Source of the DNA: Octopus sinensis
Lineage: Eukaryota
DNA length: 64,000 nt
Direction: 5' to 3'
Assembly: GCF_006345805.1 (NCBI RefSeq)
Contig: NW_021834785.1
Span: forward strand, 20,995 to 84,994
The translations under genes were made by a program, and so were the position numbers. The notes beneath the pieces are model-generated. The model was not told the origin of the DNA. It saw only the letters and a program-made list of their open reading frames with translations, and did not search any database. Shown here piece after piece: positions 1-12,373 of this stretch; the stretch's first letter is position 1; every line of letters starts with the position of its first letter.

Positions 1-116
1 CCTGTTAACATCATCATCATCATCATCATCATCAATCATCATCTTTATAATTCATAATTTGAAAAACAACTCAAGACTTTCTTGTTTTAAATCAAGTTAT
101 GTAATATTGGAAAACA

Positions 117-117
<1 letters not shown>

Positions 118-170
<53 letters not shown>

Positions 171-193
171 TGATGATGATGATGATGATGATG

Positions 194-227
<34 letters not shown>

Positions 228-250
228 TGATGATGATGATGATGATGATG

Positions 251-348
<98 letters not shown>
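118..348. repeat. Compound (AAT)n/(GAT)n microsatellite
   Basis: Direct reading; source of the poly-I/poly-M ORFs. Confidence 0.97.
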
Positions 349-349
<1 letters not shown>

Positions 350-551
350 GTAAAGACAGTCGAAATACTGCTAAGCATTTCGCCCGGCTATAGGCACAGG
401 GCCTGAAATTTTGGGGAGGATCATAGTCGATTACATCGACCCCAGTGCGTAACTGGCACTTATTTAATCGACCCTGATAGGATGAAAGGCAAAGTTGACC
501 TCTGCGGAATTTGAACTCAATGCGTAAGTACGATTCTGCCAGTTCGCCGCC

Positions 552-552
<1 letters not shown>
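349..552 (-). mobile_element. SINE-A fragments (rearranged)
   Basis: Contains the family core GATGAAAGGCAAAGTTGACCTCTGCGGAATTTGAACTCA and the GTCGATTACATCGAC hairpin shared with many other copies in the window. Confidence 0.85.
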
Positions 553-625
<73 letters not shown>

Positions 626-791
626 AATAATAATAATAATAACCATAGTGTTTTCTATTATAGACACAAGGACTGAAATTTTGGGGAAGGTATCTAAGTC
701 GATTAGATCGATCTCAGTAATAATTATTACTATTATTATTATTGTTGTTGTTGTTGCTGCTGTTGTTGTTGTCGTCGTCATTGTTATTGTT

Positions 792-1010
792 AGGACATTG
801 AGCTGACCGAATCGTCAGCACGTCGAACAAAATACTTAGCGGCATTTCTTCCAGCTATTTACGTTGTGAGCTCAAATTCCGCGTAGGCCAAGTTCGCCCT
901 TCATCTTTTCGGGGTCGAAAAAATAAGTACCAGTTGAGTACTGGGGTCGATGTAATTGACTATCCCCCCCCCAATTTCAAACCTTGTGCCTATAATAGAA
1001 AAGATTATTA
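792..1010 (+). mobile_element. SINE-A, diverged, tail 2
   Basis: tRNA-like head remnant, CTCAAATTCC B-box, core CCTTCATCTTTTCGGGGTCGAAAAAATAAGTACCAG, tail CCTTGTGCCTATAATAGAAAAG. Confidence 0.85.
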
Positions 1011-1330
1011 TGTTTCCAACAATTTCATGTAAATTACTACTATACTCCATCACTCCGTAGAGTGTTCACAATTGTCTGAGCGATGGAGTATTGCGATTCT
1101 TTGTTACATCAGTTTTGTTTTTGTTGTGGAGTTTTGTTTTTTGTTTCTACTGTGTTTTTAGCTTTTCGCCTATTTTGTGTTACATGGGTTTTATTATTTT
1201 GCGGGGTGGTGACTGAGCTTCTTATGTGATGTGCATTTGGTGTTGTGTCTTATGTAGGACAGTAACTGAGAAAATCTATATACTTTTTGTTATTGTTGCT
1301 ATCGTTGCCGGTGTAATTTTGTTGTACGTG

Positions 1331-1588
1331 TTAGTTGACTTGTATAGTTGGCTGTAATTTTTTCTTGTATTTCTTGTTGTTATCGCAACCAAATGTTTGT
1401 GTATTGAGGTCAGATTGCAGGGTTCTCCAGTCTGCCAGGTTTTCCTCTTCTCTCATCTTCAACCTCTGAAATGTTTGTAATCTTTCCTGTCGCTCTGGGC
1501 TTCTTTTACTCTTCAAGGTTAAAAGTGCGTTGAGGCCATACCTGTAAGTGCCTGAAGCTGTGTGAAAGTTGTCATTGTTTGCATTCAC
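1331..1588 (-). other. Unassigned non-repetitive ORF island (retroelement ORF remnant or host exon)
   Basis: 85-aa complex ORF (..SKRSPERQERLQTFQRLKMREEENLADWRTLQSDLN..); no family recognised. Confidence 0.25.
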
Positions 1589-1683
1589 GTGGCAGGGTAA
1601 AAATCAATTAAGATCTACAAGAGTCTTGCAATTTGAATAAAGGTGTAGGATATGAAAATGAAAATAGTGCAAATAGCAGATCA

Positions 1684-1728
1684 TTTTACCCCAGTGTCAC
1701 TTTGATGGCATGCACTGCTCTCTCACGC

Positions 1729-1786
<58 letters not shown>
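1684..1786 (+). mobile_element. Repeat E, 3'-terminal ~45 bp plus (AAT)n tail
   Basis: TTTTACCCCAGTGTCACTTTGATGGCATGCACTGCTCTCTCAC matches the reverse complement of 19127-19172 and 38003-38048, followed by (AAT)n. Confidence 0.85.
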
Positions 1787-1788
<2 letters not shown>

Positions 1789-1791
<3 letters not shown>

Positions 1792-2135
1792 CAAGAGCAC
1801 TCAGAAATCGCAAACTTCCGCCAAGACAACACCAACGTCCTCTCAACGACTAGCCGGAGATGATTTTTAAAATGAGAATATCTGAAATAAACTCGACTGC
1901 TCTCACAAACGTGGATACTAAAAATGAACACGACCGCTCTCAAAAATTAAGTAAAAAAAAACTGGAAAAATAATCTTGAATCTTTTTCCGGTACCTAATC
2001 GACTCTAAAATTCTAATCAGTTCGTGCCAGTCACAAGGCCAAACATTCCTGAAAGTTTCATCCGAATTCGTCCAGCGGTTCTTGAGATATCTTGTCCACC
2101 GACAAACAAACAAACAAACAAGCACGACTGAAAAC
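1789..2135 (+). mobile_element. HINE/DINE-1-like non-autonomous (Helentron-associated) element fragment
   Basis: Ends in AAAGTTTCATCCGAATTCGTCCAGCGGTTCTTGAGATATC followed by an (ACAA)n tract, the core-plus-microsatellite layout typical of DINE-1/HINE-type elements (recognised from memory). Confidence 0.55.
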
Positions 2136-2163
2136 AACAACAACAACAACAATAATATATGCA

Positions 2164-2227
<64 letters not shown>

Positions 2228-2494
2228 GGCAGAAATATATACGTTCTTGAAGTGACAAAGGGCAATAATCAGCACCAGTAATGCTAGAAATAAGAGTGAA
2301 AACAACTCAATAACCACAGAAGCACTATCTTAATTACTGACAAGGGAGGCAAGCTCCCTACGGTAACAGATAGTGAGCCAGATCATCGATGATTTTGCAA
2401 TTTGCATATGCACACCATACATACATACTACATACATACATACATACATATACATACATATATATTATATAATATATAATATATATATAAAAAA

Positions 2495-2603
2495 TTATTT
2501 GAGACAAAACCACTAGTTTGCAAAACAAACAGGAAAGACTTAATCAACATAAATTTAATAAATAGTCAAAAAACCGCCACTACAATCGTTTCTTGTCTTG
2601 ATT
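2495..2603 (-). mobile_element. Penelope-like terminal repeat P1, left inverted arm (3' half of HHR)
   Basis: Reverse complement of 3933-4046. Confidence 0.8.
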
Positions 2604-3800
2604 GTAACTGAATTGTATATGTATTTGATTTAATCCTTATGTCATAATGTTATTTTTGATATTCTGGTTAATTACGATGTATTTATTGTTGTTTTCATAA
2701 GAGTGTTTATGTATATAATTGGTTGTGAGTTTTTTAATTGTATAATTAATTTATTTATCTGTATGAGTGTGGGTGTAAATATTGTTGTATATATCGAGTT
2801 TTAGTGAGTATGTATATGCGTATAGTGAGGGAGCATATGTCTCTGTTGTGTGTGTGTGTTTTGCGTGTGTGTGGTGTTTTGTGTGTGAATGTGTATTTGG
2901 GTTTGTTATTTAGGATTTGGGATGTATGTGTTAATTTGTCTGTGTGGGGAGGAGTGGTTTTTTGGTGTATTGAGGTTTATAAGTTAGTATAGGTTTGTGT
3001 ATAATCTTGGGTCCTGTGGTTTACGTGTGGGTTTTTGTGTGGAATGTTTAGGTTAGGGGGATTGCTATATAAGTTTGTTATATGGGTTTAGCAAAGGAGA
3101 TTTTATCGTTATATGCTTTTATGAGTTTTGGTTTATCATGGTTTTTTTTAGGTATTCGTGGTATTTTGTATATTTTAGGTTGTTGTTATTTTTTACATTG
3201 TTTCATTCATAATTTTTGAGTGGTGTTCGTTTTTGCCACGTGAATAACCGGGTGGTGGACTAGCGTTGCTTGGAATGTGAATGGAATAGTGTAGTAGTGA
3301 GTAGGCATAGAAATGGGATTGGGTTACTGCAAGTTGTTTGTTAGAGATGCTAAGGTGAGTTAACTCATAAATGTATATAATGTTTTTTGTGGGTGTGTAA
3401 GTATTGTTGTATATGTCGAGTTTAGTGAGTATGTATAGCGTATATGTGAGGGAGTTATGTATCTTTACATGTGTGAAGTGTTTTTTTGCGTGTGAGTGTG
3501 TGTTTTGTGTGTGAATGTTATATGGGTTTGTTATTTAGGTTTTGGGATGTATGTGTTAATTGTCTGTGTGGGGAGGGAGTGGGTTGTGGTTGTATTGAGG
3601 TTTATAAGTTAGTATAGGTATGGTATAAGTCGTGAGTCTGGGTTTACGTGTGTGTATTTGTGTGTGAGTTTAGTTAGGGGGTTTACTTTATAGGTTTGTT
3701 ATAGAGTTAGCAAAGGGAGATTTTATCGTTATATGTTTTTAAGAGTTTTGTTTTATCATGGTTTTTTTTAGGGAATTCGTGGTAATTAGTCTATATTTTC
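2604..3800 (-). mobile_element. Decayed Penelope-like RT C-terminal remnant, partly tandemly duplicated
   Basis: Minus strand is very A/C-rich. Broken frames give TSIHQKTT..HTDKLT..NKPKYTF and ..IHIQFSY, resembling the PLE RT motifs T.(I/V)Y.KPT and (I/V)K(I/L)SYS. Flanked by inverted P1 repeats. Confidence 0.5.
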
Positions 3801-3904
3801 GATATGGATTATATATAGGTTTATATGGATTATATACTTTATTTTTTTCATTTATACTTTATTATTTAAAAGTATTATTTTTATATTTTAAAATTTTGAT
3901 TTTT

Positions 3905-4130
3905 TAGATTGGAAGTCCACCTGAAATTGTCGATCAAGACAAGAAACGATTGTAGTGGCGTTTTTTTTGACTATTTATTAAATTTTATGTATTGATTAAG
4001 TCTTTCCTTGTTTTTTTTGCAAAATAGTGGTTTTGTCTCAAATAATATTTTATAATATTTTACTATAAAATGGGATTTAATCCTAAATCTGGTTTTTTTT
4101 CCCTGTAATTTGGATATTCCCTAATATTTA
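3905..4130 (+). mobile_element. Penelope-like terminal repeat P1 with HHR-like motif
   Basis: Matches the reverse complement of 42871-43048 over ~180 bp and of 2495-2603. Confidence 0.8.
3917..3958 (+). ncRNA. Minimal type I hammerhead-like motif (G8 missing)
   Basis: CCAC-CTGAAA-TTGTC(GATCAA)GACAA-GAAA-C(GATT)GTA-GTGG: stems I, II and III all pair and the cleavage triplet is GUA, but the core reads CUGAAA instead of CUGANGA. Confidence 0.55.
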
Positions 4131-4174
4131 TTATTATTAATATATATATATTAATATATTATATATATATTATA

Positions 4175-4224
<50 letters not shown>

Positions 4225-4590
4225 GCATTACACACAGTATATATTTCATAGAAAAAAACAACAAAAATATACCACAGTAAAAACCTTGACCAATCGCTTT
4301 TCAAATTGAAAAACGTCCACCACCACACAAAAAAGCAATGCAACTAAAAATGAAAACAGCAACAATAATTATATCGATTAGTCATATATTCGATTTTCAA
4401 GGTTGAACGCACGGAACTAATGAACGTCACGTGGTGTCTGTCAACTAGGATAGCAATATCGAGACAGCAATGTAGGTATTGATTTGTCATTGTTGTCTAA
4501 TGAAGCGAAGAGACCCAGCTGATGTTGATGTTTGTCTCTGTAGCATAAACAGTATAGCAGAACTGTAGCAACTACACTCATTCAGCTTCA

Positions 4591-4622
<32 letters not shown>

Positions 4623-4626
4623 CACA

Positions 4627-4661
<35 letters not shown>

Positions 4662-6221
4662 ACTGATCCCAGGTGAACTGTCTGATCGCGATTCGCAGTT
4701 TCTCGCTCACTGTCCTCAGGATTCTGCTTTGAATAAATATTATTCCACTAGATCTAACAGTATTGCGTACGTGATTGCCACTCAGTTACCACTTGGTTGG
4801 ATTTCAATTCAAAGTGCACAGAACTCTGCAAATCCCTACTAATACTCCTTCTTTAAGGAATGAATCACTCTTAAAATTAACAAAATAGCGGTTACTGACA
4901 TAAAGACACGGTGACAAACTTCTTTTGATAATGTGTCAGTCAACTATGTCGGCAAAATTACATGGCAGACATATTTTTATCGAAAGCGGAAGAAGGAAAA
5001 AAACGCTGAGATTTGAACTTAAAATGTAAGGATTCATATTTAACTACCACAGAGTCTGTAACACTACTCACTTAGTCTGGTTCCTCAATCCAATAATCCT
5101 GGGAAATATTTACATGTTTAAAGCCTGTTTATCATCCTTTTGCCAGCAAAATAATTCTCTCGTTTCCTGTGTAAATCTGACACACGTTCGTGAAACAGAA
5201 TTTTACTTCAATTACAGTAAATTTATTCAAACTGTAATATAACCAGCATATGTATACCTTCAGAACTTTTCCCAGAGGAGCAGATACTACGCTATCTCAA
5301 CATAACAAAATTATATAAAAATATACAGAAATACACATTTCAAATCAAAATGGAGTATTATGACCTAATGAATTATGAAATTATGAGTTACATATCTAGA
5401 TATCAAATTTTATATTCTTTATAACTGAAGAAAAAATGTTATATTTCTCAAGGGAAATATTGTGCAAAAAATTTAGTGTTAATTTCAGTGTTAATTAATA
5501 ACTCTCTATTTTTCACTTAAAAATTACGAGGTCTTTCACCATAAATTGATGTCAAAGTCCTATAGAATTATTTCACTCTCTATAAACACGATCGTATATA
5601 TATACATCTTCTCTATTATAAAATTATCAAATCAGTTGTTTACTCAGTTGTTAAGATAATTTTATATATCTTCCTGTCTATATTTTTCATTTAATTTCCT
5701 CTATCTTCATTTTGTGTTTTCCGTTTGCGACCAATTATTTTAACAAAAAGCCAAAGCAGATCTGACAAGATATTGACAAACAATTAAATTCTTAACTTCG
5801 TGGTAGCTAAGATTCATAATCTAGGGATCTAACTCCCAGGAGAAAATAAGCAATAGATTTTACTTTCATGTAAGAAAAATCATTAGCGTCAAAATCAAAA
5901 ACTTGATTAGGAGCAAGCAGTAAAGACCTTGTCTAATATTTGATAAGTACAATGACGGCTCATGACATACTTTTGTTTTACTGCATCTCGTCTTATTCGT
6001 TTTTCCGTGACCTTAGCACGAGTGAAAGAATGAATAGGATTCCAGTAAAAAGACTTTCACTGATAAGCAAATAAAAATAATGAATTTTCTAACACTGAAA
6101 ATGACATGACATAGGAAATATATGCATATACATGTAAACACACACATGCACGCACGCACACACACACACACGCACACACACACACATACACGCACGCACG
6201 CACGCACACACACACACACTA

Positions 6222-7160
6222 ATCATTGTATATCTTTTGCGCTTTTGCTTTAGAGATTAGAAGCTCAAGTCCTTTTATCTGCCATCATCAGCTCATTTCT
6301 TGTACCGAGGCAATCTTCTGGATATTTAATAGCATAGGATTGTTTCGGGAAGCGACTGAGAGCATACGTTCTCCCTAAGACTAACACGATCTCTTTGTCC
6401 CCTTGTTTTAAATGATCTCAGAATCCAACTAGCCTCTCGCCTGCTCATCAAAATGATATGCATACGGAATGATGCAGCGTTAGTCATGTGGACTTTCAAG
6501 TCATGCACCAACTGTGATTCTGTAATTAAAATACTCATCTGGTCTTGTGTATTCTGTTTGTGAGCCGATAGGTTAACGCTTGAAACTTTTTAGTACTGAA
6601 CTGCATATTGTTTCCTCCAGTCTGGTTGTATACCACACATATAGTTTTGTATTATCACCAGGGTCCTTGACAACGTGTGATTCTCATGCATCGTCAGTGA
6701 AATTGGTGATAGTGGCTGACTATAAGACTGGAGGTCTGAAAAAAGAAAACCCAAAACCACCACTAACAGTAGTGGTCCCCGTACTATTCCCTGGAGACAC
6801 CGCTTAAGGTTGATGTCTCCTCTTAGAGAGCAATGCTGGTTGCAACAGCCTGAATCCTACGCTTTAAAAAAGTTATGCAGCCTTGTAGCTTTCGCACAAT
6901 ACCAAGGTTGGGCAGTTTGTGACATCTTTCCGTGATAAACTTCATTGAAGGCCTTGCGGAAGTCGAAACATATCTCATCCACATTTATACGGTTGAGCTG
7001 TTGTGTCACTGACCAGTCATAATACTGTTGCACCTGTGTGAGAAAGCGCCTTCCTGGATGGAAGCTATGCTGCGTGTCAGTGTGCAAGTCATTTTCGTCT
7101 TGGAACCTGATCAACTTCCTTCCTATAATGCGTTCCATGAATTTGCTAGCATGTTAGACA
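6222..7160 (-). mobile_element. CR1/L2-clade LINE reverse-transcriptase remnant (frameshifted)
   Basis: MERII..DTQHSFHPGR..NVDEICFDFRKAFNEVYHG, then SGV-QGIVRGPLL, F(T)DD, NNMQFSTKKFQ and WILRSFKTR in successive broken frames. Confidence 0.88.
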
Positions 7161-7199
7161 GATATGCCTGCAGCTTTTTGCACTGCTCTGCTTCATATA

Positions 7200-7260
7200 T
7201 GTTCATATACATACATACATACATACATACAATTTATATATTATATATGACTATACATAC

Positions 7261-7320
<60 letters not shown>

Positions 7321-7760
7321 ATATACATATACATATACGTCTATACATATATATGTGTGTCTTTATATATATATATATATGTATATATACGTGCGTGTCT
7401 GTATATATATACATGTGAATGTACCTACTCATTCATAAATAAACGCATGAAGTAATTGGTTGTTTCTTGCAAGAATTTGTTTCCGTAGATTCTAAATGTT
7501 AGTGCAGCAACTGGTCAATATATCTATAACCTGTCAGTGTGTTATGTTTATTTGTCTTTGCCACCGGCTTAGAAGATGTTGGCTACATCACTGCTACAAA
7601 TACGCACATACATACGTACACAGACCCCACAAACACACATACACACACAAGTACTCACTCACTCTCTCTCACACACAGAAATATATGTATATAGTTATAC
7701 ATTCACATTGATATATATATATATACACATACATACATACATACATATATATATATATAT

Positions 7761-7801
<41 letters not shown>

Positions 7802-7999
7802 CACAAATATATTCACACATACATATATGCCTACATACACACTAATGTATTTATGTATCTAAGTACGTATGTGGTCATATGTTTATATTGAAATATATAT
7901 AATGAATATACATACATAAATACATATGCATATACTCACACATACATGTAAACAAAAGTATGTATACGTTTACATACAAACATATATATCGTGTGTGTG

Positions 8000-8054
<55 letters not shown>

Positions 8055-8165
8055 CTATATATACATATGCATGTATGTTTATGTATTCATATACATGTAT
8101 GTTTATATATATATATATGTGTATGTATGTATGTATGTATGTATGTATGTATGTTTGTATGTGTA
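7200..8165. repeat. (TA)/(TACA)/(CA)/(TG) microsatellite blocks with a short unique spacer
   Basis: Direct reading. Confidence 0.9.
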
Positions 8166-8709
8166 TACCAAGATTCTGGCTATTATATTAAAAGTACACT
8201 GACTATTCACGCAGCCCTACTGAGAAGTTGCTGTAATATTGAATATTTAATCAGTCTTATCTAAAATCAATTTCCCTGAAGATGGCGCATCGCCAGTTTT
8301 CTAGTAGACAAGATAAAGGAGATACAATGAACCCTAATTTATTACTGGTATGCATTATGCTGGCTCGTATAAATCTCGTGAGCCCATGTACTATACTCAA
8401 GACGGAAGTAGATGATGTTGAAGTCTAAATTCAAATATTTACTAAGGCTATTCTCATTGACTTCATATATACTAGGGTGCCACTACAGTCTGACTTCTGT
8501 CTACATTATTTTATTGTTTCAGTTGCTTCGTTGTTAAGCTGTAGCCATTTTGGATCATCAGCGTGAAGGATTTAGTCTAACTGAACCTTAATGCTTATTT
8601 TAAGTCACCTGCTAATAAATGAATGCGCAACACTGCGTTTGGTGGGTAAATATTCTTCATTTGTGTATTAACAAAGCATTAGCTATGCCTTGTTAATCCA
8701 CAAATAGCA

Positions 8710-8875
8710 TACGAAGGGTGTTGAAAAGTTCCTGGCTCAACCTTCCGAGTTCTTTTACAGGGCTTAGAAAATGTAAAGGATCGCCGCAGCAAGTGTGTGA
8801 ATCTGAGAGGGGAATAAGTTGAATAAAATCACAATTAACTGGGTCCTCCTGTATTTTCTTTTACCTGAAGGCGGG
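8710..8875 (+). mobile_element. Mariner-like remnant (TIR plus transposase C-terminus, internally deleted)
   Basis: TACGAAGGGTGTTGAAAAGTTCC TIR-like start; DRRSKCVNLRGE*VE* resembles the mariner terminal motif W.KC...G.YVE. Confidence 0.55.
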
Positions 8876-8896
8876 TTTGATCCATATATATATATA

Positions 8897-9302
8897 GGCG
8901 TAGGAGTAGCTGTGTGGTAGGTAGCTTGCTTACGAACCACATGGTTCCGGGTTCAGTCCCACTGTGTGGCTTCTTGGGCAAGTGTCTTCTGCTATAGCCT
9001 CGGACCGACCAACCAAAGCCTTGTGAGTGTATTTGGTAGACGGAAACTGAAAGAAGCCCGTCGCATATATGTATATGTATATATGTATGTGTGCGTATAT
9101 GTTTGTGCGTCTGTGTTTGTCCCCCCAACATCGCTTGACAACCGATGCTGGTGTGTTTACGTCCCCGTAACTTAGCGGTTCGGCAAAATAGACTAAGTAC
9201 TAGGCTTACAAAGAATAAGCCCTGGGGTCGCTTTTCTCGACTAAAGGCGGTGCCCCAGCATGGCCACAGTCAAATGACTGAACCTAATAAAAGAGTAAAA
9301 GA

Positions 9303-9304
<2 letters not shown>
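8897..9304 (+). mobile_element. SINE-B, full length
   Basis: tRNA-like head (GGGTTCAGTCCC B-box), CORE-like CTTGGGCAAGTGTCTT, internal TA/TG tract, tail AAAAGAGTAAAAGAG; at least six near-identical copies in the window. Confidence 0.93.
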
Positions 9305-9398
<94 letters not shown>

Positions 9399-10459
9399 AA
9401 ACCCGATAGTCTTTCACACAATTTCCTTTTTCCAAATTATATTTACAAGTTATTAGTGGGTTCTAGTCTATGGAACAAGTCACTTGCCCAGTGTATCAAT
9501 CAGTGGGACGAGAACCGAAACCACATAGTTGCGAAATGAACTTTTTAATCCCATATTTGTGCCTGCTTAATATATATTCCTTCATATATATTTTTTCTTC
9601 GTCTGAAATGTGGATTGAAACGATATGTTCCTTGTAGTTACGACTTATACTATGTACTCCAGTTTGCACTTATGACTCACATTATATTGTTATTCTAATA
9701 ATTCATGTCAGTCCACTAATGTTATATCATTATATATATATATATATGAACTGTGTTATTTACATTCATGCTTGCATTCTAATAGATAACATTCCGCTAT
9801 AATCGTTTGTTATATGGGAAGGAATGTAAGCGTGTTCTGATGAGCCATAACGATCTGAAACTAGTTGTCATGTTTCACTCAGTCATCTATCAAAATATGT
9901 CATTGTCTCAAAACAGAATGTAACTTAATAATGGTGGTGGGATCTCCGTCTTTCGACGATGAGGATTCATTTGTTCTATTGATTGAATTATCTGCTATTG
10001 AATTAAATGTAAGTGGCCGAACATTCACAGAGAAGCGTAACTTTAACATCATTTCTTTACGTAGTCTCAGCGTAACACAGCGAATGAAAAGGCTGCCACC
10101 TTTGGATAACAGGTACAGTTCACTCAACAGGTTTCTCTACAGTTTCCTTTAGCCCAATTTCAATCACAACGTATGAGGTAAGGGTGACTCGAGACTATAA
10201 GGAATTACACTTGTTCAGTACCTCACGCAATGAAATGGAACCTGGGACCTAGTAGTTGCGGAGTGCACCTCTTATGCATACAGCCATATTGCGCTAAAAC
10301 ACTGAAGCAATATAATCTAATTAAATATGCAGATATTTATCCGTAGAACTTCGTTATTTAAAAGTATTTTCTTTTCTTCAAGAAGACTTCATAATGTTAA
10401 AAAATATAAATTTGTGATGCAGTAGCGTTAATTCTATCCCTAAACGCATTATAGGTATT

Positions 10460-10745
10460 CTTTTTCGCGCCCTTTTCAAGCCTAGCCAGGTTCATGGGCC
10501 CGGTTTCCCGGTTTCTGTGGCGTATGTGTTCCCCCTAGTTGGACGGAACGCCAGTCCATCGCAGCGTTACCCAGAAAGAGTGAGAGAAAGTTCTGGCGAA
10601 AGAGTACAACACGGGTCGCCACCACCCCCTGCCGGAGCCCCGTGGAGCTTTAGGTGTTTTAGTTCAATAAACACACACAACGCCCGGTCTGGGAATCGAA
10701 ACCGCGATCCTCCGACTGCGAGTCCGCTGAGTCATTGCGCCTCCA
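10460..10745 (-). mobile_element. SINE-D head joined to SINE-C tail, 13-bp TSD
   Basis: TSD CATTATAGGTATT at 10447-10459 and 10746-10758. Head and body match 26338 and 46578; tail matches 37490-37575 and 47190-47295. Confidence 0.9.
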
Positions 10746-11547
10746 CATTATAGGTATTAGTGAAATGCGAATTAAATTGATAAAGGAAGCTGCGTATTTC
10801 AGACTAGCGGCGGTTTTCTCTGCTTTCTCCCACATAGTTCACCGACCTTTTATCATTTTATTTCTAAAACTACGCGTCCTTTTGTAAAGAGGATACTGGA
10901 TTGTATGGTGGTTATTCTTGCTTTAAGGATATATCAAGATGTAGATAGCATCAAAGTTAATCAGTTGAATATTCTTTTTTATTTTTATTTTGGTTCAGTT
11001 GATGTTCTCCCAGAAATAGAATTAGTTTACCTCAAAGGTATAACAGCAACAACAACAAAAACAACAGAACCCCCTCTCCACAGAACAACACATCTACCAT
11101 TTTCTTTGGCACGTAATACAATCCGCTTTTCACGAGTGGTCAACTCCTTTAAGAGGGTTTGTCTAATCTTCACAGATTAAATCTATTTTCTTCCACACCT
11201 AAAAAGTAACGGAAACTTAATTATGGCCACTGTTTAGTAGAAAAGTAGCAACTAGTTACGTACAGTTGTTTTGTTATTTTGCCAAGAAAGAAGTGGAGGC
11301 CTATCAGCTAGAGAAGTGGGTGTCTGCCGGGTGGAGATTCATTTGTTTTCTGCTACACCGTAGGATCAACATGGATGTGTCTGTGTGTCTGTATGTAGAA
11401 GTTAACGGTGAGTGGGTTGAGCAGAACCTCGGAATTTACACACTCAATGACGTAATCACTCACCGAACAGACAATGGAAGTAATAACAGAAAACATGATG
11501 GTCATGATGACGATGGTGATGGTGGTGGTGATGATGATTAGTATGAT

Positions 11548-11625
11548 GTTGGTGTTGTTTAGCTAAAGGGCAGCAAACCCAATCAGAGCTATAATCAAAG
11601 TTATTCCAGCCGTGCCCATCTCGTT
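11548..11625 (-). mobile_element. Repeat module H fragment
   Basis: Reverse complement resembles GATGG.CA.GGCTGGAA..CTTT.AT..GCTAAACAACA seen at 50770-50825 and 60385-60460. Confidence 0.5.
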
Positions 11626-11703
11626 TATTTATCATTATTATCCAACATTTGGCAGTTTCAGGCAAATTTCTACTCCATCACCTGCTACACTACCATGTTT
11701 CTT

Positions 11704-11736
<33 letters not shown>

Positions 11737-11739
<3 letters not shown>

Positions 11740-11905
11740 GCATTATGTGTTCTTTTTTGTTGTTGGGAGTGTGCGATCTCTTCCCGGTATTGTATTGCAT
11801 CAGTTTGTTTTGCTATGAGGTCTCGTTGCAGTCTTTTAGTTGTATTAGTGTTTATATTAGATTGTATTGAGTAATGCGAGCTGTGTTCTTCTGTTGGGTA
11901 TCCGG
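11737..11905 (-). mobile_element. Possible Penelope-like ORF fragment
   Basis: Minus frame GYPTEEHSSHYSIQSN.. resembles the GYP motif downstream of PLE RT; same A/C strand bias as 2604-3800. Confidence 0.3.
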
Positions 11906-12373
11906 CCTCTCCTTCTCCTTCCTCCCCTCCTCCTGCTCCTTCTGCTCCTCCTCCTTAAATTTGTATACGATTAACTAACGTGTCGTTTCCTGTTTTTAAG
12001 ACGACGGATGGGAGTGATTTGAGAGAGATATGACAGCTATTTCTTTTAGCTGGAGACTCAGACACTACTTAGAAGCTCCCTCATTGCTCTGATAACGGCG
12101 ACGACGATGTCAATAATGAGGATGGTGATAATCGCGATGATGGATGTGATATTGGTGATGATAACTATTGCACTGCTAGACCTAATCATTTAGCATTTAA
12201 ACAGATTATATTCAGCCCAAATATTCTATCTGTTTTATGATCAAACTGGCTAGATCCAGCCTCTCACATCTGGTTGACGATGTCATTCTAAAACTAATCA
12301 ATCGCAACATCGAAATCTCAAAACTATGAAACAATGCCTGATGACTTTAAAAGAATCTGAATAAATAATCATT

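Noticed and set aside
59-806. Poly-Ile/Met/Thr ORFs, and all similar IY/CV/HT/LSIY ORFs in the track
   Set aside because: Translations of tri-, di- and tetranucleotide microsatellites; open on several frames and both strands.
2604-3900. C-depleted plus strand resembling bisulfite conversion or hypermutation
   Set aside because: More simply explained as the antisense of an A/C-rich Penelope-like ORF remnant.
8276-8300. CTGAAGA followed by a GGCG/CGCC hairpin as a hammerhead
   Set aside because: No GAAA after stem II (GTTTT instead); no stem I or III.
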